Below are positions 55,627 through 61,965 of a stretch of DNA of 64,000 nt, piece after piece. The DNA is taken from the NCBI GenBank assembly GCA_031394255.1, contig JANMXA010000173.1, positions 4,763 through 68,762 of the forward strand, written 5' to 3'. This DNA comes from Gemmatimonadota bacterium (GTDB taxonomy: Bacteria; Gemmatimonadota; Gemmatimonadetes; Gemmatimonadales; GWC2-71-9). The number at the start of each line of letters is the position of its first letter. The first letter of the stretch is position 1. The position numbers were made by a program, and so were the translations under genes. Below the pieces are notes generated by a model, which worked only from the letters and a program-made list of their open reading frames with translations, had not been told where the DNA came from and searched no databases.

Positions 55627-55646
55627 TTTGTGAATTAGTTCACAAA
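55627..55646. promoter_or_regulatory. perfect CRP/FNR-family site TTTGTGA-attagt-TCACAAA (TGTGA-N6-TCACA)
   Basis: Read directly in the AT-rich 138-bp divergent region between the cupredoxin (ATG 55554) and ORF 55693. 8-bp perfect inverted arms. Confidence 0.55.
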
Positions 55647-55692
55647 TATAAAGTGTTTGCCGATCGAACTCCAGTACCCCTAGCTTTGTCAC

Positions 55693-56454
55693 ATGCCGAG
55701 CCCTCCCCCCTGCCGCTCTGTCGGACCCCAGTGCAGGTCCCTCCCGGTCACCCTCCAGGTGGCCCGCCTTGACAACGGGGACCCCAATTCCGGTGACCAC
55801 GAAGCGACCTGGCTCCTTGGCCACACCCAACGGATCCGATTCGGCGCTCTCCAGCAGGCGGGGCCCGCCTTGTTCGCGGCGGCCACCCTCAGTATTCCGT
55901 GTCGCCACGCGGCCTTTTCCGGCTCATCGGTCACCTGCCGGGCGCACGGGTTCGACGGCGTGGTCATGGTGTCCCCAGACGCGCCACAGCCCCATTGGGA
56001 TGGGCCTGGGGAAGCGGTTCTGGTCGCCGGGGGCAAGGTGACGACCGTTCGAGTCGGTGAGGCGAAGCCAACGCCGTCGGGCCTCCCCGTCATTCAAGGG
56101 AATCCCTGTGAGACGGCCCCCTGCCGGACCGGCGACAACCGCCTCGGCGCGGCCTGTTGCCGCGACCTTCAACTGACGATTCTCTGTGATGCCGAAGACC
56201 GGCTGCAGGAGTCGCTTGTCCGGGCTCGCAAAGCCCCCTTCCTCTGCAAGGTTGATCGAGAGGGCCCGTCGGCCCTTGGCGTGGAGGTCATTTCAGCCTG
56301 CGGTTATTTGAACGAACGGAACGTCTGCAGCCTTCACGGGTTGAACCGCCCGGACGGGCGAACCGCCAAGCCCGACCTGTGTTTTGAATGGCCCGCGGAT
56401 GACGATCACTACCACACTGGCTGCGTGTTCAATCCGGCCGACAAGGTCAAGTAG
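55693..56454 (+). CDS. cysteine-cluster protein, YkgJ (CxxCxxCC-like, UPF0153)-related C-terminus; N-terminal extent uncertain
   Basis: The C-terminal 140 aa carry 'CETAPCRTGDNRLGAACCR', 'PFLCK', 'ISACGYLNERNVCSLHG' and 'KPDLCFEWP'. Alternative starts are ATG 55966 and GTG 56038. A minus-strand ORF (55689-56093) shares the same third-codon phase, so codon bias cannot discriminate for the 5' half. Confidence 0.4.
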   Translation: MPSPPPCRSVGPQCRSLPVTLQVARLDNGDPNSGDHEATWLLGHTQRIRFGALQQAGPALFAAATLSIPCRHAAFSGSSVTCRAHGFDGVVMVSPDAPQPHWDGPGEAVLVAGGKVTTVRVGEAKPTPSGLPVIQGNPCETAPCRTGDNRLGAACCRDLQLTILCDAEDRLQESLVRARKAPFLCKVDREGPSALGVEVISACGYLNERNVCSLHGLNRPDGRTAKPDLCFEWPADDDHYHTGCVFNPADKVK

Positions 56455-56493
56455 CTGCCACCAAATGACTTACCTGGGGATACCCGTCAGATA

Positions 56494-56521
56494 TGAACGC
56501 CGTTTTGTGAGCTAAGTCACT
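56494..56521 (+). promoter_or_regulatory. ambiguous regulatory element upstream of the ECF sigma gene: TGTGA-gctaag-TCACt (9/10 CRP-like) overlapping an ECF-like TGAAC-N17-GTC promoter
   Basis: Read directly, about 100 bp upstream of ATG 56620. Shares TTTGTGA-N6-TCAC with the site at 55627. Confidence 0.3.
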
Positions 56522-56619
56522 GGTCCAGTTAGATTTGTCCCGTCTGACCTGTGCAAGGTGGTCGGCATCGTGCGTCATATTGGTCCTGTCGGCGACGCAC
56601 ACTCAGGAGGGCAGTCGGC

Positions 56620-57135
56620 ATGACCGACGAATTGGAGCGCCTCTACAAAACCACGTACACCGCGGTCGTGCGGTTCCTGTACCGAAAGGTATGGGACGCC
56701 GATCGTGCGGAGGACTTGGCGCAGGAGGTCTTCATTCGCGCGATGGCCCACCGGCCCGAGAAGCCACGAGCATGGGTCTTCGCCGTCGCTGCCAACCTCG
56801 CCCGCGACGAGGCCAGAGCGGCGATCCGGCGCAGAAAACACCTCACACTTCTCAGTTCCGATCCACTGCCCATGTCCACGCCGGCACCTGCGGCCGACGA
56901 GCAGATGGAGACCGACGAGCGGAAGGAACACGTCAATCAGGCGCTGGCGACTCTGTCGGATCGGGACCGCGAGGTCCTGCTCCTCTGGGACGCCGGCATG
57001 AGTTACCCCGAAATCGCCGAACAAACCGGGCTGGCGGTAGGGGCAATCGGGACCACCCTGGCCCGGGCTCGCAAACGACTGCTGGATGCGTATGACCGAA
57101 TGGATGTCGACAGGACCCGTGCGGCACATTCCTGA
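56620..57135 (+). CDS. ECF RNA polymerase sigma factor
   Basis: AGGAGG lies 9 nt upstream of the ATG. Region 2 'LYKTTYTAVVRFLYRKVWDADRAEDLAQEVFIRA' and region 4 'REVLLLWDAGMSYPEIAEQTGLAVGAIGTTLARARKRL'. Confidence 0.85.
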   Translation: MTDELERLYKTTYTAVVRFLYRKVWDADRAEDLAQEVFIRAMAHRPEKPRAWVFAVAANLARDEARAAIRRRKHLTLLSSDPLPMSTPAPAADEQMETDERKEHVNQALATLSDRDREVLLLWDAGMSYPEIAEQTGLAVGAIGTTLARARKRLLDAYDRMDVDRTRAAHS

Positions 57136-58075
57136 AGAGGAACTCCACGCCTACCTCGACCAGGCCTTGTCCCGGTCGCAGTGCGTGGAGATCGAGTGCC
57201 ACATCAGCGAGTGCCCCGCTTGCGAGCAGGTGCGCAACCGGGCTGCCGCGGTACGCGACCGGATCACGGCCGTGCTCGCTGAGGCCGCCCCCCGCAAGGT
57301 CCGGATTCCGCCGTTTGAACAACTGGTGGCGCGCCGCCAGGCCATCGAACAACGCCGAGCGACTTGGATCAGCCAGGCCCGCAGGGGAGCACTGCTCGCC
57401 GCGGGACTGGCCGCTGCCGTGGGCGCTGGTTGGTGGAGCCGGGGGGTTACCGGAACGGGGGCTGGCCCGGCAACGCCCGCGGCCCCAAGCCAAATCCTGT
57501 CCCCGCGCCCGACCCTCGCGTTGGCTGAGCGCGAGGCGGCCCCGGCCACCGAGACGCAGGCGCGGCCGACCGGTCGGGTGGCCCCACTCAGTTCGGAACG
57601 GTCACTCGTCAGGGTGGACCGCTCGACCGTCCCGGAAGGGATCGTGCAGGTCAACGCGGTTGCCCCCGACGACGAAGGGCTGTCGTTTGAGGGCCTTTGG
57701 CAAACGGTCGACGCCCAGCGGGCGGCCGCCGAGACCGGTGGCAATCTCCCGCGAATCGAAGGTCTGCCGATCCTCGAGATCCAGCTCCAGCGCGGCAACG
57801 GGGACGAACGGCCCACCGTTGTCGTGTACCAGCAGCACCCGTCGGGCAAGGTGATTCGCACGATCGAGGGGCCAATGGAACGAGTCGAGGAGCTCGTGGC
57901 CCGGCATTCGGCCAAGAACCTCGGCCTCCACGCGAGCCAGCCGGACCTGACCCCACCGGACTATATGGGAGACGCCGGCGCCAACCGTCGAGTCCTGCGG
58001 ATCGTAACGGTCACCGGCCTCCTGCCGGCCGATTCGCTGAACGCGCTGGCCAAGACGATCGCGCTCAAGGAATAG
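57104..58075 (+). CDS. anti-sigma factor (zf-HC2, single TM, uncharacterised periplasmic domain)
   Basis: 'HISECPACEQV' zf-HC2 motif, a TM around 'ALLAAGLAAAVGAGWW', and an about 200-aa C-terminal domain of unknown family. Overlaps the sigma gene; start 57086, 57104 or 57119. Confidence 0.7.
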   Translation: MSTGPVRHIPEEELHAYLDQALSRSQCVEIECHISECPACEQVRNRAAAVRDRITAVLAEAAPRKVRIPPFEQLVARRQAIEQRRATWISQARRGALLAAGLAAAVGAGWWSRGVTGTGAGPATPAAPSQILSPRPTLALAEREAAPATETQARPTGRVAPLSSERSLVRVDRSTVPEGIVQVNAVAPDDEGLSFEGLWQTVDAQRAAAETGGNLPRIEGLPILEIQLQRGNGDERPTVVVYQQHPSGKVIRTIEGPMERVEELVARHSAKNLGLHASQPDLTPPDYMGDAGANRRVLRIVTVTGLLPADSLNALAKTIALKE

Positions 58076-58095
58076 CCCGACCGGGTTCGAAACAG

Positions 58096-58127
58096 AGCGG
58101 GGCCGGACTCTGGTCCGGCCCCGCTTT
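58096..58127. terminator. bidirectional intrinsic terminator between the anti-sigma gene and actF
   Basis: AGCGGGGCCGGAC - tctg - GTCCGGCCCCGCT perfect 13-bp stem followed by TTT on the plus strand. Confidence 0.7.
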
Positions 58128-58150
58128 CGCGTCCCGATTGCGGCTCGCGA

Positions 58151-59497
58151 TCAGGCCGGGAGTTCGTTCGGGTGAGCGAAGTCGCCGGGCTTCTCGTCGT
58201 GTTCGGACGCTTCGCCGTGGCCATGTTGCTGCTCGACCCCGACCGCAATTTCAGCCAGCCGAGGCGAGATCATGGGGAATCGGCGGGCGAAGTTGGCATA
58301 GCAGAACAGAAACAGCCCCAGGAAGGCGAGCGTGGGCCCCAGTTCCGGAAGACCGAACACCGGGCCGGCCTCCTTGGTCACGGACGGCACGACCAGGAGG
58401 TATCGCTCGAGCCACAGCGAGGAGAAGCTGGTCAGCGCAAAGGCGGCGAGGGTCAGCGGCGTCTTCTTGGCGGCCACGAACAGGAGGCCAAAGAAGGGCA
58501 GCAGGAACATTCCGACGAACACGGCTCGCCCGACCGGCATCCACGGCCCCCACAGGCGGGCGAAGACGAAGCCGATCTCCTCCGGCATGTTGCCATACCA
58601 GATCACCAGGAACTGGGACCACATGAGGTATGTCCAGAACACGGTGAAGCCAAAGCAGAGCTTGCCGAGGTCATGACGTTGTTTCGGGCTGACCAGATCG
58701 CTCACGCCAAGATGGCTCCGCCCGTACAGCATGGTCAGGACGAGGCAGGTATGAGCGCCGAGAAAGGACCCCATGAAGTACCAGCCACCCAGCAGGTTGC
58801 TGAACCAATGCGGCTGGAGGGCCATGATCCCGTCGAAGGCCACTATGGTAAAGACGAAAGCGTAGAGCACCACATAGATGGCCGCAAGACGGTTGATCCG
58901 CCCGTGCTGCCTGGCCCGGCTGGCGTCCGAGCCGTCGAATCCTTGCGTCATTGCCTGATAACGGGCCGCCCGGTCCCCATCGACGGCGCCCAGTGCCGCA
59001 TGCATGTCGGGCACCATGTCCGCCCTGATCAGCGACCAGCCGGTCCAGAACAACAGACCGAGCCCGACCAGTAGGCGGCCGAACATGAACGAATGGGACA
59101 GCCAGAGCGCCTTGCCGGGCGAGAGCGAGGACAACTGCTCGTTCATCGGTCCGTAGATGGGCTCGTAACCGACCGTCATGATCGCGACCAGGCCGAGCAG
59201 CGAAATGACGGAGAAGAAAACGTTGGCCCCGGCAAACCGGATGATGACACCGGACCACTTGGCGTTGGCGATCTTGTGCACCGCCGTGAGCGCGAGGCTC
59301 CCGCCGGTGATGCCAGTGAAAAAGAGCCAGTTCACCTGGAAGAGGTGCCAGGCCCGCTCCGAATGTCCGCTGGCCAGGGCGTAGGCGAACAGAGCCAGGC
59401 CGACTACGGTCAACGCGAGACCCGCGTTGAAGAACACATCGTACCGGCCGCCGTTGCCTCGGCTGACCAGACGGGCGCGAAGTTGAGCTGCGCTCAT
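58151..59497 (-). CDS. actF: alternative complex III subunit ActF (NrfD/PsrC-like membrane subunit)
   Basis: Polytopic membrane protein (about 10 TM). Its ATG overlaps the actE stop (ATGA). The position after ActE matches the canonical act order. Start at 'MSAAQLRARL'. Confidence 0.8.
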   Translation of the reverse strand: MSAAQLRARLVSRGNGGRYDVFFNAGLALTVVGLALFAYALASGHSERAWHLFQVNWLFFTGITGGSLALTAVHKIANAKWSGVIIRFAGANVFFSVISLLGLVAIMTVGYEPIYGPMNEQLSSLSPGKALWLSHSFMFGRLLVGLGLLFWTGWSLIRADMVPDMHAALGAVDGDRAARYQAMTQGFDGSDASRARQHGRINRLAAIYVVLYAFVFTIVAFDGIMALQPHWFSNLLGGWYFMGSFLGAHTCLVLTMLYGRSHLGVSDLVSPKQRHDLGKLCFGFTVFWTYLMWSQFLVIWYGNMPEEIGFVFARLWGPWMPVGRAVFVGMFLLPFFGLLFVAAKKTPLTLAAFALTSFSSLWLERYLLVVPSVTKEAGPVFGLPELGPTLAFLGLFLFCYANFARRFPMISPRLAEIAVGVEQQHGHGEASEHDEKPGDFAHPNELPA

Positions 59498-60120
59498 CGC
59501 TTGGCTCCTTGAGCAGCGGAATCCGCAGGGCCGGCCGACGCTTGCCCGGGTCTGCCCTGCATCTGCCTGACGTAGTTGACGACCGCCCATCGATCCGCGG
59601 GGCGATAGATCTTGTCGCCGTACTGCGGCATGACGCCTCGCCCGTATCGGACGATGCTGTAGATGTACCCGTCGGCATACCCCTTGGCCTTGTCGGTCAG
59701 GAGCGACATGGCCCCCATCTTTACGCCAACCAGTGCCTTGCCGTCCCCCGCACCGCCGTGACAGGCGGAACAGAAATTGGTGTACAGCGTATCACCCCGG
59801 GCCAGGGTGGCCGCCGGGTCAGGGGTCGGGTTCCTGAGGGCGTTGGCCGTGAGGGTATCGAACCCATACATGGGCGGACTCCCGCCAGGGTTCCCGGTGC
59901 CCCACTCCGCCTCGCCGCCGGTAATCGGCACCGAGCCCTTGGGGGTATAGCGGGGAACGTCCGCCCGCTTGTAGGGACCGACTGCCGGTGATTTGACCAT
60001 GTGGTCGAACCAGGGGACCATCTTCATCAGGTCGTCAGGAGACGGCAGGGTGTTGTAATACCAGTTGCAGCCCGAGAGGCTCCCAAGGAGCGCCAGGGCC
60101 GCCAGCGACTTACGCGCCAT
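59494..60120 (-). CDS. actE: alternative complex III subunit ActE (monoheme cytochrome c lipoprotein)
   Basis: Lipobox 'LLGSLSGC' and a single haem motif 'CSACH' followed by 'MP' (Met ligand region). Confidence 0.8.
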   Translation of the reverse strand: MARKSLAALALLGSLSGCNWYYNTLPSPDDLMKMVPWFDHMVKSPAVGPYKRADVPRYTPKGSVPITGGEAEWGTGNPGGSPPMYGFDTLTANALRNPTPDPAATLARGDTLYTNFCSACHGGAGDGKALVGVKMGAMSLLTDKAKGYADGYIYSIVRYGRGVMPQYGDKIYRPADRWAVVNYVRQMQGRPGQASAGPADSAAQGAKR

Positions 60121-60622
60121 GTTCGGTGACCTCCTCCGAGCCAACGCCCTCGAGGAACTGACGGATCGTCGGCCGCTGTTCGGGCGGACAGGGCACGAAC
60201 ACACCGATCGTGTCATCGCTGAACTCGGGCTTGAACGGCCGCCCCTTGAGGGACTTCATGGCCGAGAGAATGATGACGCCCGCCACGGTAGAGAGCGCTC
60301 CATACAGAATCGTCAATTCGAAGCCAAGAACCACATACGGCGGGATCGCGGCGATGGGCTTGCCGCCGACCAGCAACGGCCAGTCCAGCGACATCCAGAT
60401 CGACATCCCGAACCCGGCCGCGCAGCCCGTGAGGGCGCCGATGAGCGTGAAGGCCCGCACCCAGCTGACCGGCTGGTCGAGCGCTTCCTCGATGAGGTGG
60501 TTCGGCGCCGCCGAGTAGACGGTCAGGTCCTTGAAGCCTTTCGACTTGAGGCCCTTGATCGCATCGACCGCGCAATCCTCGTATTTGAACGACGCGAGCA
60601 CTCCCGAAACGGTTTTTGACAT
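60110..60622 (-). CDS. actD: alternative complex III subunit ActD (DUF3341)
   Basis: 'GVLASFKYEDCAVDAIKGLKSKGF' followed by two TM helices. Start 'MSKTV' overlaps the actC stop. Confidence 0.8.
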   Translation of the reverse strand: MSKTVSGVLASFKYEDCAVDAIKGLKSKGFKDLTVYSAAPNHLIEEALDQPVSWVRAFTLIGALTGCAAGFGMSIWMSLDWPLLVGGKPIAAIPPYVVLGFELTILYGALSTVAGVIILSAMKSLKGRPFKPEFSDDTIGVFVPCPPEQRPTIRQFLEGVGSEEVTEHGA

Positions 60623-61962
60623 CAGTGTGCTCCCCCCTTCCGGCGGGGCATCGGAATGATCTCCTTGAGTTCCTGAATCGCCACGACCGGAAAGGTGCGG
60701 GCGAAGAGCAGGAAGTACATGCCGAACCATCCGAATGAGCCGGCCAGGATGCCCCAGTCGGCCCAGGTCGGATTCATGCGACCCCAGGCATACGGCAGGA
60801 AGTCGTTGCCGAGCGAGTTGATGATCACGAATCGCTCGAACCACATCCCGATGTTGATGAAGATCGAGATCACAAACAGCGCCGTGAGGTTGGTCCGGAT
60901 CTTCTTGAACCAGAGCAACTGCGACACGAAGCCGTTGCAGATGATCATCGTCCAGCCGCCCCACCACATCGGACCGAAGGCCCGCATCCAGAACGTGGTC
61001 TGCTCGAAGGTGTTACCGCTGTACCAGGCGACGAAGTACTCCATCGCGTAGGCGTAGAAGAGAATCGAACCCGTGAGGAGCGTCAGCTTGGACAGATTGT
61101 CGAAGTGGTACTCCGTGATCAGGTGCTCGATCTTGAGCACTTTCCGGAGCGGAATTACCAAGGTCATCACCATGCCGATGCCCGAGTAGATGGCGCCGGC
61201 GACGAAGTACGGGGCGAAAATGGTGCCGTGCCAACCGGGGATCACCGACATGGCGAAGTCCCAGGAGACGACCGAGTGCACCGAGAGCACCAGCGGGGTC
61301 GCGAGCGCGGCCAGGTACATGTAGCCACGGGTGTAATGCCGCCACTGACTGTCGGCGCCGGTCCAGCCGATCGACAGCGCGCCATAGAGCTTCTTCCGCC
61401 AGCCGCTCATCTTGTCGCGGACGGCGGCAATGTCAGGCACCAGACCGACGATCAGGAACGTCGTCGACACGGTGAGGTAGGTGGAGATCGCGAAAACGTC
61501 CCAGATCAGCGGCGACTTGAAATTGGGCCAGAGCCAGCGCTGGTTCGGATACGGGAGGAGCCAGTAGAAGATCCACTGGCGTCCGATGTGGATGATCGGA
61601 AAGAGACCGGCCGTCATGACCGCAAACACCGTCATCGCCTCGGTCGACCGATAGACCGCCGTCCGCCACGGTGACCGGAACAGGAAGAGGATCGCGGAGA
61701 TCAGCGTCCCGGCGTGGCCGATACCGACCCAAAACACGAAGGTCGTGATGTAGACCGACCAGAAGATCGGCGGGTTGTAGCCGGCGAGCCCGAGCCCCTC
61801 TTTGAGGAGCATGACGAAGGTTCCCAGGCCGACCAGGAAGAGGCCGATGGCACCGAACAGGGCCATGTAGTAGCCCCGACTCGGGGTCTGGAGGGTAGCG
61901 ACCACGTCACGCGTGACCTCGGCGTGGGTCATCTTCGGCGTGTGATCCAGCATTGCTGTCAT
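60622..61962 (-). CDS. actC: alternative complex III subunit ActC (NrfD/PsrC family quinol-interacting membrane subunit)
   Basis: 446 aa. 'FWSVYITTFVFWVGIGHAGTLISAILFL', 'WPNFKSPLIWDVFAISTY' and 10 TM helices. Confidence 0.9.
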   Translation of the reverse strand: MTAMLDHTPKMTHAEVTRDVVATLQTPSRGYYMALFGAIGLFLVGLGTFVMLLKEGLGLAGYNPPIFWSVYITTFVFWVGIGHAGTLISAILFLFRSPWRTAVYRSTEAMTVFAVMTAGLFPIIHIGRQWIFYWLLPYPNQRWLWPNFKSPLIWDVFAISTYLTVSTTFLIVGLVPDIAAVRDKMSGWRKKLYGALSIGWTGADSQWRHYTRGYMYLAALATPLVLSVHSVVSWDFAMSVIPGWHGTIFAPYFVAGAIYSGIGMVMTLVIPLRKVLKIEHLITEYHFDNLSKLTLLTGSILFYAYAMEYFVAWYSGNTFEQTTFWMRAFGPMWWGGWTMIICNGFVSQLLWFKKIRTNLTALFVISIFINIGMWFERFVIINSLGNDFLPYAWGRMNPTWADWGILAGSFGWFGMYFLLFARTFPVVAIQELKEIIPMPRRKGGAH

Positions 61963-61965
61963 GCC

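Noticed and set aside
55689-56093. 134-aa minus-strand ORF in the cupredoxin/ECF intergenic area
   Set aside because: The Trp/Arg-rich translation has no motif, and the ORF shares third-codon phase with the plus-strand ORF that continues into a recognisable Cys-cluster domain. It is kept only as a caveat in the finding for 55693-56454.
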